From assembly GCA_026770705.1 (NCBI GenBank), contig JANJGN010000052.1, forward strand, positions 930,001-994,000: 64,000 nucleotides of DNA, given 5' to 3'. This document shows positions 22,580 through 34,934 of this stretch, piece after piece. Every line of letters starts with the position of its first letter. The stretch's first letter is position 1. The position numbers and the translations under genes are program-made. The stretch comes from Isurus oxyrinchus. Taxonomy: Eukaryota. The notes beneath the pieces are model-generated. The model made no database searches. It was not told where the DNA came from and saw only the letters and a program-made list of their open reading frames with translations.

Positions 22580-23590
22580 AGGACTACATACACACCAAAC
22601 AGCGGAAACAACATGCTACAGACAGAGCAAAGCGATCCCACAACCAACGGGTCAGATCTAAGCTCTGCAGTGCTGCCACATCCAGTCATGAATGGTGATG
22701 GACAATTAAAGATCTAACAGGAGGAGGATGTTCCACAAATATCCCCATCCTTAATGATGGGGGAGCTCAGCACATCAGTGCAAACGACAAGGCTGAAGCA
22801 TTGGCAACCATGTTCAGCCAGAAGTGCTGAGTGGATGCTCCATCTCGGCCTCCTCCAGAGGGTCCCAGCATCACAGATGTCAGCTTTCAGACAATTCGAT
22901 TGACTCCACGTGACATCAGGAATCAGCTGATGATACTGGATACAGCAAAGGCTTTTGGCCCTGGCAACAACCCGGCAACAGGAAATAATGTGGTTACAAG
23001 AACGGGTAAGAGGCTGGGAACTCTGCGGTGAGTAACTCACCTCCTGACTCTCCAAAGCCTGTCCACCATCGACAAGGCACAAGTCAGGATTGTGATGGAA
23101 TAATCTCCACTTGGCTGGATGAGTGCAGCTCCAACAACACTCAAGAAGCTCGACACCATCCAGGAGCAGCTTGTTTGATCGACAGCCCATCCACCAGCAT
23201 AAACATTCATACCCTCCACCACTGGCACACAATGGCAGCAGTGTATGCACCATCTACAAGATGCACTGCAGCAACTCACCAAAGCTTCTTCGACTGCACC
23301 TTCCAAACCCTTAACCTCTTCCACCAAGACAGTTCCAAGTCAGTGAGGTGTGTGACTTGGAAATCAACATGAGGTGGTGGTCTGCCCTGGGACTTGGAAC
23401 TATATCGGCCGTTCCTTCACCGTCGTTGGGTCAAAATCCTGGAACTCCCTCCCTAACAGCACTGTTGGTGTGCCTACACCACATGGACTGCAGTGGTTAA
23501 AGAAGGCAGCTCACCACCACCTTCTCAAGGGGCAGTTACAGATGGGCAATAATTTCTGGCCTTGTCAACAATGCCCACATCCCATGAGCT
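22580..23590 (+). mobile_element. Degenerate non-LTR LINE fragments (CR1/L2 group)
   Basis: Same family as 44800-45850 (RT motifs), 49120-49570 and 52030-52500; shared 3' end aaggcagctcaccaccaccttctcaaggg. Confidence 0.8.
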
Positions 23591-23625
23591 AATAACAAGA
23601 GAATGTAGAATTCTGTGTAACTCAC

Positions 23626-23907
23626 GTTCCACAGTGATGGTTATGAATCCCTCCACTGCTCCATGTTCATTCTCTGCCACACACTGATAGTCTCCAGTGT
23701 CCCTGGATGTAACGTGAGGAATCACCAACCACAGCTCATTGTTGGAACTTGTTCTGTTCATTGGGACATTAAGATGTCGCCACGTCAGGTTAGAAGCTGG
23801 GAAGCTCTCGACAGAGCAGATTATCACTGTAGAATTCCCCTCAATTATATTGATCGATGAAGCGTTAATCATATCAAGAGAAGTAATTGAGAGGTTCTGT
23901 GGAGCAT
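23626..23907 (-). CDS. Locus S3 C2-set exon (domain 5)
   Basis: ttttag/gtgag; 282 nt, phase 1-1; APQNLSI...IICSVESFPASNLTW...DTGDYQCVAENEHG. Confidence 0.9.
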
Positions 23908-24386
23908 CTAAAAACATATAAAGATTTTAGAGTGAGCAAGCACAATGCACATCAAGACTCCATGTATCATCTCTCCGTATCTGATGTCTGAATACAATTC
24001 CAGGCACCTTCCTCAGCATAAGTTCCTCTGTCACATTTATAATGGACACTGCCTATGTAAACTGTCACACTGCAGTTGCATTCCCCCACCAGTTGAGGTG
24101 CTATCAATCTAGAATGAAAGAAACTTTCATTCACATCCTCAGGATTTCGCCAAGCCTTTACAGGCAATGAATTGTATTTGATTGATGGAGCACTGAGGGG
24201 TAAATCTACAATTCACTGTTCAGGAGTTTGGTCATCCAATTCAGGGTCTTGTTGATCTGGAGTTTACCTTCGTTCCATCCAGAATTGGAGCTGACACCAA
24301 GACTCCAGTGCAGTGAGTGCGTGTGGGAGTGCATTTATGTATATGTGTTCAAATCTGAGAGAGTTGTTGAAGTCTGTGTAACTCAC

Positions 24387-24668
24387 GTTCCACAGTGATG
24401 GTTATGAACCCCTCCACTGCTCCATGTTCATTCTCTGCCACACACTGATAGTCTCCAGTGTCCCTGGATGTAACGTGAGGAATCACCAACCACAGCTCAT
24501 TGTTGGAACTTGTTCTGTTCATTGGGACATTAAGATGTCGCCACGTCAGGTTAGAAGTTGGGAAGCTCTCGACTGAGCAGATTATCACTGCAGAATACCC
24601 CTCAATTATATTGATCGATGAAACGTTAATCATATCAAGAGAATTAATTGAGAGATTCTGTGGTGTGT
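24387..24668 (-). CDS. Locus S3 C2-set exon (domain 4), tandem duplicate of domain 5
   Basis: tttcag/gtgag; 282 nt, phase 1-1, open. Confidence 0.9.
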
Positions 24669-24796
24669 CTGAAAACAAATAAAGATCAGTTACTTACATT
24701 GTCTGTGAAGCACTTTGAGAGGCCCTGAGAATGTGAAAGGTCTGATATCAATGTAGGTTCCTTCACCACAAAGCACTTAATTCAGGCAGTCACTAC

Positions 24797-25690
24797 AGCT
24801 CAGTACTGAGGGAGTGCTGTACTGTCGGAGGGTCAGTACTGAGGGAGTGCTGCACTGTTGGAGGGTGGGTACTGTGAAAGCTGCACTGCCGCATAGTCAG
24901 TATTGAGCGAGTACTTCACTGTCGGAGAATGAGTACTGAGGGAGTGCTGCACAGTTGGATGGTCAGTACTGAGGGAGTGCGGCACTGTCGGAGGGTCAGT
25001 ACTGAGGGAGTGCTGCACTGTTGGATGGTCAGTACTGAGGGAGTGCTGCACTGTTGGATGGTCAGTACTGAGGGAGTGCTGCACTGTTGGAGGTTCAGTA
25101 CTGATGGAGTGCTGCACTGTTGGATGGTCAGTACTGAGGGAGTGCTGCAATGTCGGAGGATCAGTACTGAGAGAGTGCTGCATTGTCAGAGGGTCAGTAC
25201 TGAGGGAGTGCTGCACTGTCAGAGGGTCAGTACTGAGAGAGTACTGCACTGTCAGAGGGTCAGTACTGAGGGAGTGCAGCACTGTTGGATGGTCAGTACT
25301 GAGGGAGTGCTGCACTGTCAGATGGTCAGTACTGAAGGAGTGCTGCACTGTTGGATGGTCAGTACTGAGGGAGTGATGCACTGTCGGAGGGTCAGTACTG
25401 AGGGAATGCTGCACTGTCGGAGGGTCAGTACTGGAAGAATGCTGCACTGTCGGATGGTCAGGACTGGAAGATTGCTGCACTGTCAGATGTTCAGTACTGA
25501 GGGAGTGCTGCTCTGTCGGAGGGTCATTACTGAGGAAGTGCTGCATTGTCGGAGGGTCAGTACTGGAAGAGTGCTGCACTGTTGCAGGGTCAGTACTGAG
25601 GGAGTGCTGCACTGTCGGAGGGTCAGTACTGAGGGAGTGCTGCACTGTCGGAGGATCAGTAATTAGGGAGATCTGCACTGTTGGAGGGTG
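24797..25690. repeat. 33-bp satellite
   Basis: Tandem units as at 8490. Confidence 0.95.
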
Positions 25691-27980
25691 ATAAGACCAT
25701 AAGACCACAAGACGTCAGAGCAGAAGGAGGCCATTCGGCCAATCAACTCTGCTCCGCCATTCAATGACACCATGGCTGATCTGACAATCCTCAACTCCAC
25801 TTTCCTGCCTCTTCCCCATAGCCTTTGATTCCCTGACTGATTAAAAAACTGTGTCTCTCAGCCTTGAATATAATTAATGACCCAGCCTCTGCAGCTCTCT
25901 GTAGTAAAGAATTCCACACATTCACTACCCTCTGAGAGAAGAAACTCCTCATCTCTGTCTTAAATGGGTGACCCCTTACTCTGAGATTATGCCCTCTGGT
26001 CCTAGACTCTCCCACAAGGGGAAACAACCTCTCAGCATCTACCCTGTCAAGCACCCTAAGAATCTTATATGTTTCAATAAGGTCAGCTCTCATTCTCCTA
26101 AACTCCAATGAGTACAGGCCCATCCTACTCAACCTCTCCTCATATGAAAATCCCTCCATTACTGAGATCAACCTAGTGAACCTTCTCGGGACTGCCTCCA
26201 ATGCCAGTACATCTTTCCTTAGATAAGGGAACCAAAACTGCTCACAGTATTCTAGGTGTGGTCTAACTAGTGCCTTGTATAGTTTTAGCAAGACTTCCCT
26301 ATTTTTATACTCCATTCCCTTTGAAATAAAGGCCAACATTCCACCTGCCTTCCCTATTAACTGTTGAACTTGTATGTTATCTTTCTGATGACCCCCAAAT
26401 TCCTCTATGCTTCAGCTTTCCAATGTCTTTCTCCATTGAAATAATATTCAGCTCCTCTATACATCCTGTCACAGTGCAGCAGCTCACATTTTCCCACATT
26501 ATATTCCATCTGCCAAGTTGATGTCCACTCACTGAACCTGTCTATGTCCCTCTGTAGACTCTTTGTGTCACCCTCACCACTTGCCTTCCCATCTATTTTT
26601 GTGTCATCCGCAAACTTGGCGAAAGTACATTAATTTCCCTCATCCAAGTCATTAATATATATTGTAAATAATTGTGGCCCCAGCACTGATCCCTGTGGCA
26701 ATCCACAGGTTGACATCCTGAAAATGCCCCCCTTATCTCAAATCTCTGTCTTCTCTTAGTTAGTCGATCCTCTATCCATGCTAATATACTGCCCCCAACA
26801 CCATGGGCTCTTATCTTATTAAGTAGCCTTATATGTGGTAATTTACTGAACAACTTTTGGAAATCCAAATATATTACATCTACTGGTTCCCCTTTATCTA
26901 TCCTGTTTGTTATCTCCTCAAGGAATTCTAATAAATTTGTCATGCATGATTTCCCCTTCATGAAGCCTGTGTGTGATTAAATTATGCATTTCTAAATAGT
27001 CTGCTATTACATCCTTTATAATGGACTCTAACATGTTCCCATTGACAGATGTTAAGCTAACTGGCCTATAGTTTCCTGTTTGTTGTCTCCCTCCCTTTTT
27101 GAATATGGGTGTTACTTTGGCAGATTTCCAATCCTCTGGGAGTTTCCCAGAATCTAAGGATTCTTGGAAGATTAAAACCAGTGCATCCACTATCTCTGCA
27201 TCTACTTCCTTTAATATCCTAAGATGCAACCTATCAGGTCCAGGGGACCTATCAGCCTTGAGACCCATGACTTTCCCTAGTATTATTCTCTAGTGATAGT
27301 TACTGTATTTATTTCCTCCCCCCACCCCCCTTTTGCCCCTTGATTATTTAGTATTTTTGGAATGCTATTAGTGTGTTCTACCGTGAAGACTGATGCAAAG
27401 TATTTATTCAACTCCTCTGTCATTTCCTGGCTCCTCATTATTATTTCCCCAGCCTAGTTCTCTCAGGGGCCTATGTTCACTTTGGTCTCTCTCTCCCTTT
27501 TTATATATTTAAAGAAGCTTTTACTGTCCTTTTTTTATAATTTGCTAGTTTACATAGTTTTCTGCCTCTTTATTTATTTTTTGGTCATCTTCTGTTGGTT
27601 TTTAAAACGTTCCCAATCCTCTGGCTTACCACTAACCATATTGCATGGTTTCTCTTTCAATTTGACACACGCCTGAACTTCTTTGGGTAACCCAGGTTGG
27701 TTTATTCTCTTCCTACAATCCTTCTTCCTCACCGGGATATATCTTTGTTGTGAGTCATGAGATATTTTCTTAAAGATCTGCCATTGTTCATCCAGCATCT
27801 TTTCTGCTAAACCCCTTTCCCAGTCCACTCCAGACAACCCTGTCCTTATTTCTTTGTAATTACACTTATTTAAGTCCAGCACAGTTGTTTCCGACCCAAG
27901 TTTCTCAGTCTCAGAGGGAATGCTGAATTGTACCAGGTTATGGTCATTTTTTTCCAGGGGATCATTTATTCTGAGATACA
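25690..27980 (-). mobile_element. CR1 LINE, 5'-truncated and degenerate
   Basis: SPGPD..HLRILKE, NYRPVSLTS, VDVIYLDFQK, LVRPHLEYC motifs across ORFs 25791-28023. Confidence 0.95.
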
Positions 27981-28159
27981 GTTCAGAGGAAAACCACCCA
28001 TTAATATATCCCGTGTCAGTCACACCGTAGCAATAGAGAATTCCGATGGAATAGGGGCCTTTACCCCAAGGAAGTGGGAATACAAAGAGGCTCGGAGAGA
28101 TGCGTCAGGTTATAAATCTCTGCTCAGAGCCCACCTGCAGTTAGTGGCTTCAGTTGTGG

Positions 28160-28760
28160 GTCCCGCCCCTCAGGGAGGGTATATTGCCCTCCGAGGGGCT
28201 GCAGCCCAGAGTCACCAGAACGATCCCGGGGCTGAAAGGGTTAAATTCTGAGGACAGGTTGCACAGACCAGGCTTGTGTTCCCTCGAGTCTTGAAGATTA
28301 AGGGGTGATCTAATCGAGGGGTTTAAGATGATTAAAGGATTTGATGGGGTCGATAGAGAGAAACTATTTCCCCTGGTGGTGGGGGTGAGGTGAGGGGGTG
28401 GGGGTGAGGGTGGGGGTGGGGGTGGGGGTGGGGGTGGGGGTGAGGGTGGGGGTGGGGGGGTGGGGGTGGGGGTGAGGTGAGGGGGGGTCCAGAACAAGGG
28501 GGCAGAATCTTAAAATTGGAGCCAGGCCGTTCAGGGGGTGATGTCAGGAAGCAATTCTTCACACAAAGGGGGGGTGGAAATCTGGAACTCTCTCCCCCAG
28601 AAAAAGCTGTCGAGGCTGGGAGGGGTCAATTGTAAATTTCAAAACTGACATTGGGAGATTTCTGTTGGGTCGGGGGGTGTTTAAGGTTTAAGGAACCGAG
28701 CTGGGTGGATGGGGTTAATATACAGAACAGCCGTGATCTGATTGAATGGGGGAACAGGCT
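28160..28760 (+). mobile_element. CR1 3' fragment containing a (GGGGGT)n tract at ~28376-28490
   Basis: CR1 3' motifs; related copies at 21015-21290 and 42720-43750 on the minus strand. Confidence 0.8.
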
Positions 28761-29352
28761 GATTATTGAATGACTGGGAATGTCAGCCCAGTGTATGGAT
28801 CGCCAATCTCTAGAATGGGAGGATTCCTCTTCTATTGGAATTCATTCAGTAATGTGGGCATCACTGGCAGGGCCAGCGTTTATTGCCCATCCCTAGTTGC
28901 CCCTTGAGAAGGCGGTGGTGAGCCGCCCGCTCGAATACAACTGAGTGGCATGCCCGGCCCATTCAGAGGGGCAGTTAAGATTCCCCCACATGGCTGTGGG
29001 TCAGGAGTCACATGTAGGCCAGACCGGGTAAGGATGGCAGAATTCCCTCCCTAAAGGAGATTACTGGCCCAGATGGGTTTTTACAACAATCTGGTAGTTT
29101 CATGGTGACCATCACTGAGAATTGTGAACAAACTGTGGAGAAATGTCGACTTGCCAGCCAATCAGCACGCCCTCTTCCCCCGCATCAGAAATGGCTGTTC
29201 CCTTTGAGATTGGGTTTTCTCGTGACTCTGTCCTGACGAGGATTGAAACCTTCGACAGCATGTTTTCAGCAACACCCAAGGGGAGATTTGGTTCACCTCG
29301 GAGTTTGGACAAGATGTGGAATTGTTTAAAAGTCAGGATTGAAATTACTCAC

Positions 29353-29610
29353 ATTCAGTGGGAATTCTAATGGGCAGAGACTGGGAACTGCCCAGGATAC
29401 TTGTTGCTTCACAGTAGTAGGAGATTTCCTCATCGAATCCATAAGGAACTGTAATAGTTTGACCAGCGAGCGCGAGATTCGTCATCTTTCCTTGGGAGAT
29501 CTTAAACCAGGTGAAATTGTGGACTGCTGGATTCCCGTCACTGGAACAACTTAGAGAAATCACCTTTCCTTTTTCCAGTGTCAGCCTGACAGACGTGTTG
29601 TGAGGAGAAT
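29353..29610 (-). CDS. Locus S3 C2-set exon (domain 3), CD22/sialoadhesin-like
   Basis: 258 nt, phase 1-1; YSPHNTSV...LSCSSDGNPAVHNFTWFK...YYCEATSILGSSQS; acceptor AAG, donor gtgag. Confidence 0.88.
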
Positions 29611-30118
29611 CTTTCAAATACAAAATTATCAACACATTAAACACTGAGTGTGATGGAATTCTCTCCAGTTGCCGGGATGAGTGCGGCTCCAACAACACTC
29701 AAGAAGCTCGACACCATCCAGGACAAAGCAGCCCGATTGATTGGCATCCCACCCACCATCTTCAACATTCACTCCCTCCACCATGAACACACATTGTTAG
29801 CAGTGTGCACCATTTTATTAGTGATGATCTTATATTGATGGCCCCTAACTCTTCGTCACTCCGACAAGTGGAGACATCTTCTCCACATCTACCCTATCGA
29901 AACCCTTTCACCATTTTAAGGACCTCGATGAGGTCACCCCCTCAGCCTTCTCTTTTCTAGAGAAAAGAATCCCAGCTTGTTCAGTCTTTCCTGATAGCTA
30001 TAACATCTCAGTTCTGGAATCATCCTTGTCAATCCAACTTGCGCCTTCTCCAATGCCTGATTTAATAGGAGACCGACTCCCCCTCCATCACAAGCATGAT
30101 GTTCTAATCAATACTTAC

Positions 30119-30406
30119 ACTTTACACTCAGAGTAACGGAGCTGACCACTCGATGGCTGGTTTGAGGGTAGTCGCACGTACAGCGGAGAGTTCGTCCATG
30201 ATGCTTGAACGAAGGGTTAAAGGTCAGTAGAGCGGAAACCTCACCACCGTTCTCTGTAATGTTGCTGACCGATGAAGTCAGCAATTCACTCCAGGTTAGA
30301 TTGGGGTGGTTATCAGGGCAGGTGTAGAGGCATTTACAGATGATATGTGCAGGAGTCCCCTCCTGTAAATCCTTCAGGAGCACAATAACTGGCTTATCTG
30401 GAGCAT
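30119..30406 (-). CDS. Locus S3 C2-set exon (domain 2)
   Basis: ttacag/gtaag; 288 nt; DAPDKPVI...ICKCLYTCPDNHPNLTW...LTFNPSFKHHGRTLRC, Siglec domain-2 pattern with the inter-domain Cys. Confidence 0.9.
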
Positions 30407-30499
30407 CTGTAATAGAAAGTTCCAGATGTTAACTGACAAGCAGAAAACAATTTGTATTTGTCCTCTGATTTTTCAATAGGGTCACAGACACTCAGAACA

Positions 30500-30950
30500 C
30501 AGAAGGAGGCCATTGGCCCATCCAGTTCATGCTGTCTCTCTGTAGAGCAATCCAATCAGTCCCATTCCCCCCGCTCTGTCCTCGTATCCCTGTGAGTTTA
30601 TTTCCAATTGTCCGTCCAATTTCCTTTTGAAATTGTTCATCGTCTCCACTTCCACCATCCTCGTAGGCAGCGAGTTCCAGCTCATTACCACTCGCTGTGT
30701 AAAAAAGTTCCTCCTCACATCGCCCCCCACCCACAACCTTCAATCTGTGTCCCCCGGTCCTTGTACCATCAGCTAATGGCAACATCTTCTCTTCGTCTAC
30801 CTTATCTAAACCCATCATCATCTTGTACACCTCGATCAGATCCCCCCTCAATCTCCTTTGTTCCAAGGAGAACAACCCCAGCTCCTCCAACCCAACCTTG
30901 TAGCTAAAATCCCTCATCCCTGGACCCATTCTGCTCAATCTCCTCTCCAC
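30500..30950 (-). mobile_element. CR1-type LINE 3' fragment
   Basis: ORF 30492-30950 nearly identical to the 10062-10502 translation. Confidence 0.9.
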
Positions 30951-30974
30951 CCAGAAGCAAAAAATCAGTTCAGA

Positions 30975-31380
30975 TCAGTACTCTTATCTCGCAGTTTTAC
31001 TGGTGTTCTATATTATTCTATACAAGACCAGTTTGGACCAGTACTCTTATTTCCCAGTTTAACTGGTGTTCTATATTAAGCTATGCAAGACCAGTTTGGA
31101 CCAGTACTCTTATTTCCCAGTTTAACTGGTGTTCTATATTAAGCTATACAAGACCAGTTTGGACCAGTACTCTTATTTCCCAGTTTTACTGGTGTTCTAT
31201 ATTAAGCTATACAAGACCAGTTTGGACCAGTACTCTTATTTCCCAGTTTTACTGGTGTTTTATATTAAGCTATACAAGACCAGTTTGGAGCAGGACTCTT
31301 ATTTCCCAGTTTTACCACTGTTATATGTTAAGCTATACAAGACCAGTTTGGAGCAGGACTCTTATGTCCCAGTTTTTACA
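30975..31380. repeat. 63-bp minisatellite
   Basis: 21-aa periodicity (FYIKLYKTSLDQYSYFPVLLV) in ORF 31129-31428. Confidence 0.9.
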
Positions 31381-32029
31381 GTTTTGTCCTCTTGGACACC
31401 CTTTCTGAAGCTCTTACATCTTTCCTGAAGTGTGGAGGCCCAGCGTTCTGAACAATATTCCAGCTGAGTTCTAACCAGTGATTTATAAAGTTCCCGCATG
31501 ATCTCTTTGCTTTTAACTCAGTTCCTCAGTCTGTTAACACAAGGAAGACATTTTCTTTCTTCATCACCTCAACAATTTGTCCTTTAATCTTTCAGAATGA
31601 GTGCAGAGAGACGCCCAGGTCTCTGCTCACCTACACCTGTCCAAATCATTACTGTCCAATATCTGTCTGTATTCATCCTGACAAAGTGCGTCACTTCACA
31701 CGACACTGCGCTGAACTGCATCAGCCATGTGTCTGCCCACCTCACACTGATCCTGCCCCTCTCATGCCCAATCTCTCCTTATCACTACCCACGGCTTTGC
31801 CAAGTTTCATTCCATCAGAAAACATCATCACTGAGGGACACTTAGCGATTGCCAGCTTCAATGTGTGAGAGCAGATTCTGCTCTGCAATTCCACGTAACT
31901 CCAGGCTGACATGCTCCAGTTAACACATGGGGATGTGGAGCAGTTGCAGCTGAAGTGGGAACAACAGTAAAGTTAAAAACATTTTGATACAAGTGATAAT
32001 TCTCAGACAGAGCAGCACTCACTCGGCAA

Positions 32030-32360
32030 AGACCCCCCAACGGTGCAGCACTCCCTCAATACTGACCCCCCAAAGGTGCAGCACCCCCTCGGTACTCACC
32101 CTCCGACAGTGCAGAACTCCCCCTGTACTGACCCTCCGACAGTACAGCACTCCATCAGTACTGACCCGGTGACAGTGCAGCACTCCCTCAGTACTCACCC
32201 TCCGACAGTGTAGCACTCCCTCAGTACTGACCGTCCGACAGTGCAGCACTCCCGCAGTACTGATGCTCTGACAGTGTGGCACTCGCTCAGTACTGACCCT
32301 CCGACAGTGCAGCACTCCCTCAGTACTGACCCTCTGACAGTGTGGAACTCCCTCAGTACT
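32030..32360. repeat. 33-bp satellite, reverse orientation
   Basis: Tandem acagtgcagcactccctcagtactgaccc units. Confidence 0.9.
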
Positions 32361-32493
32361 GCACCAGATCACATACTGGACTTTGTTCTGACATCTCCTG
32401 GAGCAGGAATTCAACCCATGACTGCCTGGCTCTGAGATGAGAACATGACCCCCTTGTGCTGATAGACTGACTGTGAAAGGAACTGGGACTTAC

Positions 32494-32850
32494 CAAGAAC
32501 CTGGAGTTGGACTGGTTGTGTAAAAGTGTGATCTGTGTAGCCCTCCACATCCACATAAAAGTAATACACATCACTATCTTCAGCTCTGAGACTGTCAATC
32601 CTCACCGAACAATTCTTCCCTTCCAAGTCGCCGATTATTTTAGCACGTCCCACGAATGTGGCCATCGCATAGTTGGGATCTTTGGTGTATGTGATGGTAT
32701 ATTTCCATCTATACCAATATTTATACCAAGCTCCGTGCAGTGCTGTGTAAGAGTGGGAAGGAAAGTCAAAGCTACACGGAATAACCACACAAGAGCTGCT
32801 GATGGCCCTCCGAGACAGCGCCTTCATAGACCATCCCTCTGACGTCACTC
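32494..32850 (-). CDS. Locus S3 divergent Siglec-type V-set exon, Arg replaced by Tyr (YYFYVD)
   Basis: tttcag/gtaag; 357 nt, phase 1-1; CVVIPCSF...GDLEGKNCSVRI...EDSDVYYF. Confidence 0.92.
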
Positions 32851-32889
32851 CTGAAAGGCAACAAGGGAAGAGACAGGACATCAAAAAGC

Positions 32890-33350
32890 AGAATATTACT
32901 TCAATGGAGAGAGGCAGCAGAATGCGGTACAGAGGGATCTGGGTGTCCTTGTACATGAATCACAGAAAGTCAGCATTCAGGAACAGCACGGAATGAGGAA
33001 GGCAAGTGGAATGTTGGCCTTTATTGCAAAGGGATGGAGTATAAAAGGAGGGAAGTCTTGCTACAACTGTACAGGGCGTTGGTGAGATTGTATCAGGAGC
33101 AGTGTGTAGAGTTCTGGTCTCCTTACTTAGGGAGGGATAGACTCTGCATTGGAGGCAGCTCAGAGGAGGATCACTGGGCTGATTCCTGGGATGAAGGGGG
33201 TTTGTCTTATGAGGAAATGTTGAGCAGGTTGGGCCCTGTATCCATTGGAGTTTAGAAGAATGAGAGGTGATCTTATTGAAACATATAAGATTCTGAGGTG
33301 GTGGGGGGTTTGACAGGGTGGATGCTGAGGGGATGTTACCCCTTGTGGGG
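32890..33350 (+). mobile_element. CR1 fragment
   Basis: EYKRREVLLQLYRALVR; closely similar to 62655-63100. Confidence 0.85.
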
Positions 33351-33670
33351 GAATCCTGTGAAGCAATAAGGATGTTTTACTGCATTAAAGGTGCTATATA
33401 AATGCACTGTCATTCCTATTGAAACAAGCTCTCTGATGCACAAACAGAAAATGCTGGAAAAACTCAGCCGGTCTGACAGCATCTGTGGAGAGAGAAACAG
33501 AGTTGGTGTTTCGAGTCCGTATGAGACTTTTGCTTTTGCTAAATTCTCCGACTCGCTATTCACTCACTCTCTGTGTGATCACTAACCCTTTTCTCTAAAA
33601 TTAAATGTTCACTTCCTCACTCCAGGAAAGAATCCAATTCCCTGAGTTCCGATCAGTAATGAATTTGTAC

Positions 33671-33716
33671 CTTGCAGCAAGCTGATGAAGATCAGTATCA
33701 GACCGACCTCTCCCAT
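33671..33716 (-). CDS. Locus S3 leader exon coding part (MGEVGLILIFISLLQ-)
   Basis: ATG 33714-33716 in AAGATGG context; 46 nt, phase-1 donor AG|gtac; acceptor at 33731. Confidence 0.85.
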
Positions 33717-33984
33717 CTTCAGTTCCTCATCTAAATGGAAAATGATAAAGACAGAGACTTTTTCATAAATTGTCCCCAGCGTTTCTTCCTCAAACAATAA
33801 CAACTTGTGGTTAAATGGCACCTTTCAGGGAATTAAACAGCCCCAGGGAATAAACTAACGTCAAGACAAGGAAGGAGAGATTGAGAAGGGACATCGCAAA
33901 CTGATTCACCAAAGACGGCAAAAATTCATTGTTCCCTCACTCCCTGTGCTGGGTGTCCAGCTTTTTCTCTCAGTGAGTTTAGTC

Positions 33985-34870
33985 CTCACAATCTCTATCT
34001 ATCGCAGTCTTCTGCTCTATCTCTCTCTCTCACACACACACATTCTCTCTCTAACACTCACAATCTCTCTCTATCACACTCTTCTGCTCTATCTCTCTCT
34101 CTCACACACACATTCTCTCTCTAACACTGACAATCTGTCTCTATCACACTCTTCTGCTCTATCTCTCTCTCTCACACACACATTCTCTCTCTAACACTCA
34201 CAATCTCTCTCTATCACACTCCTCTGCTCTCTCTCTCTCTCACACACACACATTCTCTCTCTAACACTCACAATCTCTATCTATCGCACTCTTCTGCTCT
34301 ATCTCTCTCTCTCAAACACACTCATTCTCTCTCTGACACACACATTCTCTCTCTCTCAAACTTTCACCATTTCTCTCTATCTCGCTCTTCTGCTGTCTCC
34401 CTCTTTCTCTCTCTCACACACAAGTACCCTCTCTCTCTCTCGCACATTCTCTCTCACACACAAGCACCCTCTCTCTCTCAAACACACTCTCTCACACGCA
34501 CACTCTCTCTCACACACAAGTACCCTCTCTCTCTCTCGCACATTCTCTCTCACACACACTCTCTCTCACACACACTCTCTCTCACACGCACATTCTCTCC
34601 CTCACACACACTCTCTCACACACACACTCTCTCTCAAACACACTCTCTCTCACACACACTCTCTCTCACACGCACATTCTCTCCCTCACACACACTCTCT
34701 CATACACACACTCTCTCTCAAACACACTCTCTCTCACATGCACACTCTCTTCCTCATACACACACACTCTCCCTCACACATGCACACACTCTCTCTATCT
34801 CTTTTTCTCTCTCACACTGTCTCTCTCTCCCGCTCTTTCTCTCTCTCTCTCACACTCTCTCCCTCTTCTC
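33985..34870. repeat. Compound CT/CA simple repeat with a higher-order unit
   Basis: Directly visible. Confidence 0.9.
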
Positions 34871-34934
34871 TCTGATACGGAAGGATTTAAGACCTGCTCA
34901 TGATTTCAGCTCAAAACCCAGGCAGATTCTCCCC

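Noticed and set aside
24797-25708. Long ORFs with 11-aa repeats (VSTEGVLHCQR, TVQHSLSTDPL, SVLRECCTVRG), also at 8307-10162, 34898-35573 and 37390-38124
   Set aside because: Stop-poor 33-bp satellite open in several frames on both strands. It is not protein-coding, and it is not CRISPR because there are no unique spacers and the context is eukaryotic.
27962-28134. Candidate terminal exon giving a secreted three-domain S3 (…PTE-CGL*) with AATAAA at ~27965
   Set aside because: There is no polypyrimidine tract, and the AATAAA lies at the CR1 edge.
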